In this document: in pieces, positions 8,701 through 17,855 of the stretch | Numbering within the stretch: position 1 is the first letter of the stretch | Layout of the letters: each line of letters starts with the position of its first letter | Virus record (IMG/VR): IMGVR_UViG_3300020374_000007 | Location: 1 to 44,277 of that record | Direction: 5' to 3' (one strand) | DNA: 44,277 nt | Origin: a virus | Taxonomy: Duplodnaviria; Caudoviricetes | Made by a program: the position numbers and the translations under genes | Notes under the pieces: model-generated | What the model was told of the DNA's origin: nothing | What the model saw: only the letters and a program-made list of their open reading frames with translations | Database searches by the model: none

Positions 8701-11700
8701 ACATCTAACGTTTATAAAGTCACAGTTATTGATAGTGACAAGTTTAAATTAAGTGCAGCTGGAACCATATCTACAGTTACTAGTACAAATTATGATAGAA
8801 AGATATATGAAAGTTTGAATAGTGTTGGGGTTGGAACTCATACATTTAAATATCCAGAAATTAAAGTTAACATTAGTAATGATGTAGCAATAGGGTTAAC
8901 ATCAACTATACCTGATTATTATAAAGGGGATGCAGAAGCAAAAGTTAAAGGTAAAGTTGAAAATATATTCTTAGAGAATGGAGGAGTTGGTTATGGTGTA
9001 ACTAATATTATAAATTATTCCCGACAACCAAATATATCATTCTTAACTGGTAAAGATGCTTCATTAAGTCCTGTAATAGCTGATGGAAAAATTGTTAATG
9101 TGGTAATTTCCAATCCTGGAACAGAATACACATCACCGCCAACTTTAGATGTTGTTGGATTGGGAACTGGTATAGGATCTGTTGCTAAATTGAAAGCTAT
9201 AGTGTCTGATGGTAAGATTACAAATGTTGAGGTAATTGAAGAAGGATCTGGATATCTTTTATCCAAAACACTTATAAAAATTACTCCAAGTGGAAGGGAT
9301 GCTAGATTTTTAACACAAATTTACAACTGGAAAATAAATTCTGTTAAAAGATATGAATCATCTTTAAATTCTAATAATCAATTATTGCAAGTAAATTCTG
9401 AATTAAAATATAAAGGTAACAAAATTTGTTCTTTTTATCCTCCAACAAAATACAGAGAATTAGTAGGTGATAATAATGTCCCAGACGTTCACTCAAAGAT
9501 AATTGGATGGGCGTATGACGGAAATCCAATTTATGGGCCAATTAGTAATAATAATGTTGGAACTGGATTAACTTTTGTTCAATCGAGTTATACTGTTTCT
9601 CCAATAAATGATATAAACTATAGACCACCACAAACTGTATATCCTAATGGATATTTTATTGAAGATTATATCTACGATGAAAGTGGAGATTTAGATGAGT
9701 ATAATGGAAAATTTACCACAACTCCAGATTATCCAAATGGAACATATGCATATTTTTCAACTGTAGATAAATTTAATTTTGAACCAACTTTCCCATATAC
9801 TACGATCAAACATCGTGATGCCACTGATACTTTTAATTATAGTGACTCTGCTAATCAATCAGATTTAACTATCAATAGTGGAAATTATAAGAGAAATATA
9901 ACTCATTTAGGTTTAAATGAAACTTTTAGAAGTTATCCATTGTTAGAAGATCCTCTTAATTCTCAAGTTAAATTAAAAGTTGATGGAATAAAATCTTCAG
10001 ATATAACAAAAATATCAATAGATGAGTCTGGAGAAGATTATAAAGTAAATGATCAAATAAGTTTTACTGATTCAACTATATCAGCTAGAGTTAGTGAAGT
10101 TTTAGGTAAGGGTATAGTTTCAGTTGCAACTACTAACACAGTAGTTAATAACTTAAAGTTTTCGGTATCTGACGAAAAGATTACTGGTTTATCAACTATT
10201 GGTCATGGATTACTTGATGGAGATATAGTAGAAATTACTGGAATATCATCAACAAAATACAAAAATATAGAAGGAGTTAGAATTATCGGTATATCCACTG
10301 TTACTTCCTCAATATCTACCTCTATGGGAACTGCTGCTGCTGGAATTACAACATTTATAACTTTTTCTGATTCTACTATTAGTAGAAAATTTAAAGTTGA
10401 TGATGTTGTTATAATTGGAACAGAGCAACTTTTAATTATCGATCATGATGATGTTAATAATAAACATAGAGTGATTAGAGGACACAATTCAACTACTCCA
10501 ACGGATCATCTCTCAGGAGCAGTAATAACTAGGTCAGAGACAGAATTTGTATATACAATTGATAAAAAATTAGAAAATAAAAATATAGAATTTGAAAAAG
10601 TTCAATACTTTGAATCTGCAAAATCAGTTGGTATTGGAACTAGTTTTACAGACGTAACTGTAGGATCGGCTGGAGTAAATGATACCCCAATTAAAAGATC
10701 TGTTCCACCAAAGGCAATATTCTTACCAAATCACAAATTTAAAAGTGGTGATGAATTGTCTCTTGTTTCTCTTGGATCTACGATCATTGCATCTAAAAAT
10801 GTAGATTTATCGAATCAATTTGATTTAAGTTCATTTAGTACACTATTTTGTGTAAAAATTAATGATGAATTTATTGGACTTTCAACAGAAAAAGTAGGGT
10901 TTAGTACAAGTAACGTATTCTTTAAACAAATTATAACTGGAAGTTCAACTGGATCAGATAATGCTAAATTGGAGTCTATAACAAATAACATCACTGGTCA
11001 GTTAAGAAAAGTAAATGGAACAGTAACTGTTGCTACTGCTACAACTACAGGACAACAACATGGATTGTCTGTTAATGATAAGTTTAAGTTGGATATAAAA
11101 TCTAGTAAAACTGAAATCTTTAATCTTAAGTATAATGAAACAATTAGAAAATTAGTTATTAACCCTAAATCATTTGATGCTTCAGCAATTGGAGTGGGAA
11201 CTACATCATCAAAAATAACAATCAATGATCATAATTTTGAAACTGGAGATATAATTGTTTATAATTCTTCAACTCCAGCTACACCTCTAGTTGATAATGG
11301 AGTTTATTATGTTATCAAAGATTCATTACATACAATAAGATTAGCTGAGAATTCTTATGATACATCAATATTTCCATATAATTATATTGGAATAGGAACA
11401 ACTGGTGGTATAACTCATGAAATTTCAAAGATTAATCCAAGATTAAATTTATATAAAAATAGCACAGCAGAACTTATAACTTCAGATCCTAGTTTAACTG
11501 ATTATGAGATTGAATTTTATAATGACTCTAATTTTTTATCAAAATATAATACCAATTTAATTTCTAGAAGTGGAGTCAATGGTGACGGAGATTCTGCAAC
11601 TAAGATAAGTGTTTCTGTTGGTAGTTCATTAGCAGAGAAATTTTACTATAGAGTAACAGGAAAGAGTAATAATTTTGTAAAAACAATATCTCACTTTGCT

Positions 11701-14700
11701 AATTTAGATGTTCCGAATCATTCTCAAATTAAAGTTTTTAATTCCAAGTTTAATACTGAACATAAAGTTGTAAGTATTGGAACTAGTACTTTTAATTTTA
11801 ATCCAATAGGAATTGCAGAAACCACTTCATATACAACAACAGGATTTTCATCTGCGTTTTATTCTACTAAATCTACAACAGAACTTGGTGGAATACATTC
11901 AATAGATATTTTAAATAAAGGTTTTGAGGTATCTACATTACCAATTCTAACATCAATTGGAACAACAACAGGAAAAAATGCTGTTTTAACTATTGAAACG
12001 GATCAAATTGGAGAAGTTGGTGGCACAAAAGTAATTACTCAAGGAATAGAATTTACTCCAGACAAAACTTTACAACCTAAAGCTGAAAGTAATTTAATTC
12101 TAGAATTAAAAAATGTATTTACATTAAAATCAATAGGAGTAACAACTGGAGGTATTGAATATACAACTCCACCAAATGTAGTAGTAGTTGGAAACTCCAA
12201 TATAGTTGCTCAAACAACTTTATCTGGATCTGCTGTTAAGAGTGTAGATATTTTACAAAATGACACTGGAATCAATCAAGATATTAGAATTGTTCCCATC
12301 AATAACTCAAATGGTATTATTGTGAAGGGAGCGTCTACGGCTAGCAATCAAATAATTACATTAGAATTAAAAGCACCAAACCCAGAAACAGGATCTGGTG
12401 ATAGTGGATTTTATAATCAAGGAAGTGATTTTCCATTTAAAGCAGATGATGTGATATTTGTGGAAAATGTAAAAACATTGAATGATGGGGATGGGTATAA
12501 TTCGAGCGATTACAATTATAGTTACTTTACCGTTACTGGTGTAAACACTACAGGTGGTGCAGAGACAGTTTCATATTCAATAAGTGGTATTGGATCAACT
12601 GGAGGAACATATCAACAAGATAACAACTTTGGAAGAGTTATCAAAAAAGATCACTTAGCATCTTTTAATGCAGAATTTAATAAAGTTTTATTCTTTGATA
12701 ACGAGAGTATTTCAGTTTTAGGAAGAGATGTTTCTGGAGTTGTTGCAGAAAATGGTTGGGACTCAGAATCTGAAACCGTAAAAGTATTCAATGTAAGTGG
12801 TGAATTTTTAGAGAATGATATAATTTTGGGATCACAAAGTAATAATAAATCCACAGTAGAAAATATATTTAAATTTGATTTTGATTTAAATGTAGATAGT
12901 GTAGCGGAAATGGAAAACGGTTGGAAAAAAGAGACTGGTAAACTAAATTCTAGCATACAAAAATTACATGACAATGATTATTATCAAAGATTTTCATATT
13001 CAATTAAAGGGCCTATTCCATTTTTAACTTGGAAAAATTCTGTTGATAGTTTAGACCATGTTGCTGGATTTAAAAATTTCTGTAATTTAGGAGTTCATTC
13101 AGTAGGAACTCATTCATTAAAATCTGATTCACTATTAGAACTTGATGTTGAGATTGATCAGGAAGCATCAGTTCATGATAGATTTTATTATGATTTGGTA
13201 AGTGAAGATACAACTGATTCTACTTTATCTAAATTAGTTTCATTTGATTCCAAAATAATAACTGATTATAATGAGTCAATAACAAATAAAGTTTTACTGA
13301 TAGATGATATTAGTTCTCAGTTTACAGGAATTGTAACATCTACTGGTGGTGGTGTAATTGGAACAACAAGTTTTGATGTATTTACTGATAGTGAGTCTCT
13401 ATTTCATAAGGTCTTTGATCCAGTTACTGGAATCAATACATCTACACATTTACTTACAATAACAAAACATGAATTTAATACTGGAGAAGAATTAATTTAT
13501 AAACCACAGACTGGTCAATCTGCTATTAGTATTGCAGCGACAACTGTTCCAGGTATTGGAGTTACTACTTTATTGCCCTCAACCGTTTTTGTCATTAAAG
13601 AAGATATAGATTCAATTAAAGTAGCAGTTGCAGAAACCTTTGCAAATGCAGGTGTGGCAGTATCATTTGTTAATACTACTGGAATTGGAAATACTCATAC
13701 TTTGTCAGTTCCCTCTGAAAATGCAACAATTAGAACTTTAATTGGTATTGATAATATAATTCAAAGTCCATTAGGAATAACAACTGCTATTTCAGTTGGA
13801 TTGAGTACTGAAGTTGGAATATCTACTGATTCTGTGTTTTTAACCGACATATCAGATATACAAGGCAAATCACTTCTTAGAATAGAAGATGAAATATTTA
13901 AAGTCAATTTAGTTGGAGTTGGTTCAACCAATTCATTAAGTGTTGATAGAGGTCAAATGGGAACAGTGGCAGCTGCCCATACGGTTGGTGCTGCAGTAAC
14001 TGTATTAAAAGGTGATTACAGACTTAATGAAGGTAGAATTTATTTTTCAGAAGCACCTTATGGGCCAACTGGAGGAATATCTACTAATTCAACATTTACT
14101 GGTAGAGCATATTATAGATTAAATTACAATACTAATAAAATTATAGATGATATTTCAGACAGATTTGATGGTTCAACTGATCAATTTAATTTAACTTCGA
14201 ATAATGTTCAACTAACTGGAATAAACAGTAGTTTTGGTGCAGTTTTAATTAATAATATTTTCCAAAAACCATATCTTGGTGTTGTTGGATCTTCAGCATT
14301 AACGGACTATACAATAGTTGGCACTGGGCAAACTATTGATTTTACAGGAACTAGTGCTAACAAAGATTTGCCAAGAGGAGGTATTATTAATGAATTTGAT
14401 GTTGGAATTGGAAGTGGGTATCAGTTTCCAAGAAAAGCAATATTTAGTGCTGTTGTATCTGCTGCTGGAACAATACAATCAGTTGGAATCGAAACTGGAG
14501 GAGCTGGTTACTTATCCAATCCTTTAGTTTCAATTAGTTCAACTATTGGAGTCGGTGCTGCATTTACAGCTTTCGTTACTGCTGGAGTTGTTACTTCTAT
14601 TACAATTAATAATGTAGGAAGCGGATACACCAATACAGGTATATCTACAGGATTGAACTTTATCACTGTTTCTCCACCTAGTCCTTACAAAGATATCCCA

Positions 14701-16188
14701 TTAACTGGTGGAAATGGATCTGGTGCATCTATAGATGTTGTTGTGGGAACTGGTGGCAGTATCATATCATTCGACATGGCAAATCGTGGATTTGGTTATG
14801 AAATTGGAGACAATCTAGAATTATCTACAATTCCGTTCCAAGTTGGTATAGGAACAAGTGCTTTTAACATAACAGTTAAAAATAAATATCAAGATAAATT
14901 TGCAGGATGGTGTTTTGGTCAATTGTTAGAATTGGATGATTTTAGTATTCAATTTAATGGGTTTAGAAAATCATTCTTGATTACAAGAACAACAACATCA
15001 AAAGAATACTACAGTATAGTTGCACAAAAAGGATCAGGCATAATACTACAGAACAATCTTCTAATATTCATTAATGATATACTACAAACTCCTGGTAAAG
15101 ATTACACATTTAGTGGTGGAACAAGAATTACTTTCAATGAAGCACCAAAACCTAACAGTAAATTTAGGATGTATTTCTATGCTGGATCAACATCTGATTT
15201 TGATGAAATTGATGTTGATGAAACCATAAAACCTGGTGATGAGTTAAGATTACAAAAATATGTTGGAATTCCAGAACAAGATAATCGAGTTATTTACGCA
15301 TTAATCGCTGCTGATACTGTAGAGACGCAAACTTACTCTGGAGTTGGTATATCAACCGATTCAACTTTCTTAAGACCAACAGTATGGAGAAAACAAACTC
15401 AAGATATGACAATCGATGGATTGAGAATTTCAAAAGAAAGAAATTACCTAGAACCAAAAATATTACCAACTTCTGGAATTATAAAGTCTATTTCACCTAC
15501 AGATACTAAAATTTATGTAAAAGACTCATGGTCATTTTCAAATGTCGATGATTTGGGAACAAACTTAAATAATATAACTATAGTTGGTAATCTTGCTGGT
15601 ATAGGAACAACCGCACCAAACGTTGAGTCAATTAAAAAAGTGACTTATAGTGGTGATTATGGTGATATAGTTGGTATAGGAACTAGTGCAGTTGGTATTA
15701 ATACTACTGGGCCTGCTTTATTCTTTGAACTTAAACCAGATTCTACAATTTTTCCTGCTAACTTTAACTCTCCAACGAGTAAAGAAAGACAAAAAACTGG
15801 AATCACTACTGGTGATTACTTTGTAATTCAAAATACATCAATTGGAAGTAGCACTAGTGGAATTACTGGAATTAAAACTACATCTTCAGGCCCAGAAACT
15901 ATTGGTGTTGGAACCAATTTCTTAGATAATGTATATTTTGCTGAACATATTGTTGGAGTCGGACAATCTGTTGTTAGAGTATTTTCAAATGTGCAATCAA
16001 TTTCTGGAATTAATACAGTTGGATTAACAACTTATGCTAGAGGTGGTAAATATAGTTGGGGTACAGTAAATGTATCCAGAGGATTGAATTCTAAATCGTT
16101 TGAATTTTTCAATCAAAATGGAGTTTCAGGTATAGAAACCTCAGCTCAAGTGATAAGGTCTTCACCCGTAAAAACAAGTTATACATAA
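5728..16188 (+). CDS. g7: Baseplate wedge initiator gp7-like giant protein (3486 aa)
   Basis: Lies between g6 and g8; QIPDFI..FL.QYY, RDFYSSKGT..SLKILF.VLYG and DNDYYQRFSYSIK..H.AGFK cores; many HxFxxGD/E and G.GY..P repeats. Confidence 0.88.
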   Translation: MSDKKVKISNILGSQIPDFIQVDNPLFKEFLTQYYASEEREYGTTYLADNIASLKKISTVADISLVEKQTVPAPNSTIPESPVILSSLTYAFDDVINVNQTTGFPDTYGLLKIDNEIITYTGKTSTSFTGCIRGFSGISALETAGTPEFLTFSDTNASSHAVNSSVINLSFLFVSQFYKKFRKHFLPGLEGKSFSYGLNVENILSRARDFYSSKGTDTSLKILFQVLYGEQVDIIKPFNQTILPSDAEWDVTDDVIVENLSGNPLNLVGLKIYQDSFTNPTASGSVANVEAIYLKSKKYYKISFSKGTLINKFKVSTKTKVVGTASTTEVTTVDSTVGFGDSGNFYYLNADNRYTLATYTSKSNNQFFGCTGISTTLIESDPIIDTNFIYGYENNDLTKICTMRTTGSISGVSDNANVTKYFDIGDTIGVKHLGEKVDVDDPKFNTWFYNNLSYIDVINHDGTESFTTQVNHYLKKGDKVDIILKSNGSLQAENVEVKDTNTPTTFSIEVTSAPGIFGDYQIRKKLSYIDSRFGITSLLGNIQNTFVDNEENTYVSFSGYPSFETTNTNRSKTFNSSSGVSTNQYTINIGNHNFINGEKVYLNLGEDLTYSSGSGITGIGTGFYFVNVIDSNTIKLALTPLNLYRGQLEIPRYTGTINDNTSGINTIFKDVNHTITPANLYENGELQNQDNFKRIYKNSKISTENKNIKGSIGVSLNGIEYHSPISKDSLYYGQINEIEVLNSGEDYDVINPPTLSIVDLSGSSSVGHGNFSGSISEIIVNNRGFDYTKTPSVTISGGNGLGARCEAKMKGLTYSKSYNDFNVDLATNAFDGEHRFLNGEEIVYTATGTPIGIQTGVNVGFNTDLLSSGTSYFISKKTDTSFSLAIKKDDAIAGINTIFFIQNGNGIHIFRSKKIRKIIDTIEIINAGSLYSNRKVNISSQQYPTTNRIDLFKTFVGINTFNDYIYAKNHNFKNGDNVEYNCTGTVISGLSTSNVYKVTVIDSDKFKLSAAGTISTVTSTNYDRKIYESLNSVGVGTHTFKYPEIKVNISNDVAIGLTSTIPDYYKGDAEAKVKGKVENIFLENGGVGYGVTNIINYSRQPNISFLTGKDASLSPVIADGKIVNVVISNPGTEYTSPPTLDVVGLGTGIGSVAKLKAIVSDGKITNVEVIEEGSGYLLSKTLIKITPSGRDARFLTQIYNWKINSVKRYESSLNSNNQLLQVNSELKYKGNKICSFYPPTKYRELVGDNNVPDVHSKIIGWAYDGNPIYGPISNNNVGTGLTFVQSSYTVSPINDINYRPPQTVYPNGYFIEDYIYDESGDLDEYNGKFTTTPDYPNGTYAYFSTVDKFNFEPTFPYTTIKHRDATDTFNYSDSANQSDLTINSGNYKRNITHLGLNETFRSYPLLEDPLNSQVKLKVDGIKSSDITKISIDESGEDYKVNDQISFTDSTISARVSEVLGKGIVSVATTNTVVNNLKFSVSDEKITGLSTIGHGLLDGDIVEITGISSTKYKNIEGVRIIGISTVTSSISTSMGTAAAGITTFITFSDSTISRKFKVDDVVIIGTEQLLIIDHDDVNNKHRVIRGHNSTTPTDHLSGAVITRSETEFVYTIDKKLENKNIEFEKVQYFESAKSVGIGTSFTDVTVGSAGVNDTPIKRSVPPKAIFLPNHKFKSGDELSLVSLGSTIIASKNVDLSNQFDLSSFSTLFCVKINDEFIGLSTEKVGFSTSNVFFKQIITGSSTGSDNAKLESITNNITGQLRKVNGTVTVATATTTGQQHGLSVNDKFKLDIKSSKTEIFNLKYNETIRKLVINPKSFDASAIGVGTTSSKITINDHNFETGDIIVYNSSTPATPLVDNGVYYVIKDSLHTIRLAENSYDTSIFPYNYIGIGTTGGITHEISKINPRLNLYKNSTAELITSDPSLTDYEIEFYNDSNFLSKYNTNLISRSGVNGDGDSATKISVSVGSSLAEKFYYRVTGKSNNFVKTISHFANLDVPNHSQIKVFNSKFNTEHKVVSIGTSTFNFNPIGIAETTSYTTTGFSSAFYSTKSTTELGGIHSIDILNKGFEVSTLPILTSIGTTTGKNAVLTIETDQIGEVGGTKVITQGIEFTPDKTLQPKAESNLILELKNVFTLKSIGVTTGGIEYTTPPNVVVVGNSNIVAQTTLSGSAVKSVDILQNDTGINQDIRIVPINNSNGIIVKGASTASNQIITLELKAPNPETGSGDSGFYNQGSDFPFKADDVIFVENVKTLNDGDGYNSSDYNYSYFTVTGVNTTGGAETVSYSISGIGSTGGTYQQDNNFGRVIKKDHLASFNAEFNKVLFFDNESISVLGRDVSGVVAENGWDSESETVKVFNVSGEFLENDIILGSQSNNKSTVENIFKFDFDLNVDSVAEMENGWKKETGKLNSSIQKLHDNDYYQRFSYSIKGPIPFLTWKNSVDSLDHVAGFKNFCNLGVHSVGTHSLKSDSLLELDVEIDQEASVHDRFYYDLVSEDTTDSTLSKLVSFDSKIITDYNESITNKVLLIDDISSQFTGIVTSTGGGVIGTTSFDVFTDSESLFHKVFDPVTGINTSTHLLTITKHEFNTGEELIYKPQTGQSAISIAATTVPGIGVTTLLPSTVFVIKEDIDSIKVAVAETFANAGVAVSFVNTTGIGNTHTLSVPSENATIRTLIGIDNIIQSPLGITTAISVGLSTEVGISTDSVFLTDISDIQGKSLLRIEDEIFKVNLVGVGSTNSLSVDRGQMGTVAAAHTVGAAVTVLKGDYRLNEGRIYFSEAPYGPTGGISTNSTFTGRAYYRLNYNTNKIIDDISDRFDGSTDQFNLTSNNVQLTGINSSFGAVLINNIFQKPYLGVVGSSALTDYTIVGTGQTIDFTGTSANKDLPRGGIINEFDVGIGSGYQFPRKAIFSAVVSAAGTIQSVGIETGGAGYLSNPLVSISSTIGVGAAFTAFVTAGVVTSITINNVGSGYTNTGISTGLNFITVSPPSPYKDIPLTGGNGSGASIDVVVGTGGSIISFDMANRGFGYEIGDNLELSTIPFQVGIGTSAFNITVKNKYQDKFAGWCFGQLLELDDFSIQFNGFRKSFLITRTTTSKEYYSIVAQKGSGIILQNNLLIFINDILQTPGKDYTFSGGTRITFNEAPKPNSKFRMYFYAGSTSDFDEIDVDETIKPGDELRLQKYVGIPEQDNRVIYALIAADTVETQTYSGVGISTDSTFLRPTVWRKQTQDMTIDGLRISKERNYLEPKILPTSGIIKSISPTDTKIYVKDSWSFSNVDDLGTNLNNITIVGNLAGIGTTAPNVESIKKVTYSGDYGDIVGIGTSAVGINTTGPALFFELKPDSTIFPANFNSPTSKERQKTGITTGDYFVIQNTSIGSSTSGITGIKTTSSGPETIGVGTNFLDNVYFAEHIVGVGQSVVRVFSNVQSISGINTVGLTTYARGGKYSWGTVNVSRGLNSKSFEFFNQNGVSGIETSAQVIRSSPVKTSYT

Positions 16189-16192
16189 CAGG

Positions 16193-16200
16193 TATAAATA
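16193..16200 (+). promoter_or_regulatory. T4 late promoter TATAAATA
   Basis: Exact consensus, intergenic, upstream of g8. Confidence 0.8.
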
Positions 16201-16219
16201 ATCAAAAATGTAAGAATCA

Positions 16220-17851
16220 ATGCCCGCAATAATCACTGATCAATATCGAATATTAAACGCAGAAACTTTTGTAGACAGTTTTGTAGGTATTGGCACGACT
16301 GGAAAAAACAATTATTATACTTTTTTAGGACATCCAGATCCTACTAATGTTACAGATGCGATTGGATATGGTGATCTTACTTGGGGAACAGAAGCACCCA
16401 ACCCAATAGATAATTTTAATCAAGAGAATAGATATCATGATAGTATGTTATTTTTGAAGCAAATCACTTCTAGTGATGTTCGAAGAGTCATACCTCGTAT
16501 TGATTGGCAAAGTGGAACAGTTTATGAGATGTATAAGAATAATTACAGTGCCACGAATAGAACATCTCAAACTGCAACTTCTGGTTTATATGGTTCAAAT
16601 TATTATATTGTAACTTCTGAGTTTAAAGTTTATCTATGTATTAATAATGGTGCAACTCCAACGAGTCCAAATGGAACTACATCTAAAGTTGAACCGACTC
16701 ATACATCTACAACAGTTCCTGAACAAGATGAAAGCGGAAATACAGATGACTATCAATGGAAATATCTTTACACCATAGCACCTGCTGATATTGTCAAATT
16801 TGTAACATCTTCATACATACCTCTTCCAGAAAAATGGGGAGATACAACAAATGCTACCATAAAAGATGCAGCAGTTGATGGTAAATTAGAATCTATCATA
16901 ATAAAGAGAGCAGGAACAGCTTCAATCGGTGGTCAAACTTCAGGAACACAAACTATAACAGTCCCTATAATTGGAGATGGATCTGATGGTAAGGCAATAG
17001 TTACAGTAGCTGAAGGTGTGGTAACAAAGATAAAATTAGCAGATACTAATTCTAAAGAGTATACTTATGCAGCAGTTAGATTTGATTCTGGTTCACCTTT
17101 AGACGGACAAACATTGACTGTAGGTGGTGGTACTGATGAACCTCAATTTGAAGTCATAATACCACCAAAAGGTGGACATGGTGCTGACATATATCGTGAA
17201 TTGGGTGGATTTAGAGTTATGGTTTATTCTAAATTTGATAATAATATTAATGATAAAGCAGATTATATCATTGGAAATGATTTTTCTCGTGTTGGAATAA
17301 TTAAAGATCCTTTAGAGTTTGGTGGAACCTCTGTTCTAAATAAGAGGACTGCAACTTCTTTAGGTGCATTAAGATTAAAAGTTCCTAGTGGATCTAGTAC
17401 GGTATTATCTAATGTTGTTTATACTAAGAACACAAAGATAACTCAATACTCAAATGATTCTACTATTGGTATTGGAACTGCGATTGGGTATGTTGCTTCT
17501 TGGGATTCTAATACTGGAGTCTTGAGGTATTATCAACCAGTTGGTTTTTCGACTCAATCTGTTTATGGTTATGAACTTCGTAATTTTGTAGGAGTGGCAA
17601 CTGCAATTACTGGTGCGACTCACATTCAACCTGGTCAAACTGTTGATAATTTGGAGGTTGATACAACATTTAGTGCTGAATCAATCACTATTGGTCAAAG
17701 AAGTGAGTCTTTAGGTCATGCATTCACTCAAGGGATTGCCAATCCAGAAATTAAAAAATTCTCTGGTGAGATAATATATATTGATAACAGAGCACCAGTC
17801 ACAAGGACAACTTCACAAAAGGAAGAAGTAAAAATCGTAATCGAATTCTAA
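16220..17851 (+). CDS. g8: Baseplate wedge subunit gp8
   Basis: MPAIITDQYRILNA, RRVIPRIDW..G, KVYLCINNG, YQWKYLYTI, IIYIDNR..VTR...QKEEVKIVIEF. Confidence 0.93.
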   Translation: MPAIITDQYRILNAETFVDSFVGIGTTGKNNYYTFLGHPDPTNVTDAIGYGDLTWGTEAPNPIDNFNQENRYHDSMLFLKQITSSDVRRVIPRIDWQSGTVYEMYKNNYSATNRTSQTATSGLYGSNYYIVTSEFKVYLCINNGATPTSPNGTTSKVEPTHTSTTVPEQDESGNTDDYQWKYLYTIAPADIVKFVTSSYIPLPEKWGDTTNATIKDAAVDGKLESIIIKRAGTASIGGQTSGTQTITVPIIGDGSDGKAIVTVAEGVVTKIKLADTNSKEYTYAAVRFDSGSPLDGQTLTVGGGTDEPQFEVIIPPKGGHGADIYRELGGFRVMVYSKFDNNINDKADYIIGNDFSRVGIIKDPLEFGGTSVLNKRTATSLGALRLKVPSGSSTVLSNVVYTKNTKITQYSNDSTIGIGTAIGYVASWDSNTGVLRYYQPVGFSTQSVYGYELRNFVGVATAITGATHIQPGQTVDNLEVDTTFSAESITIGQRSESLGHAFTQGIANPEIKKFSGEIIYIDNRAPVTRTTSQKEEVKIVIEF

Positions 17852-17855
17852 TCAG

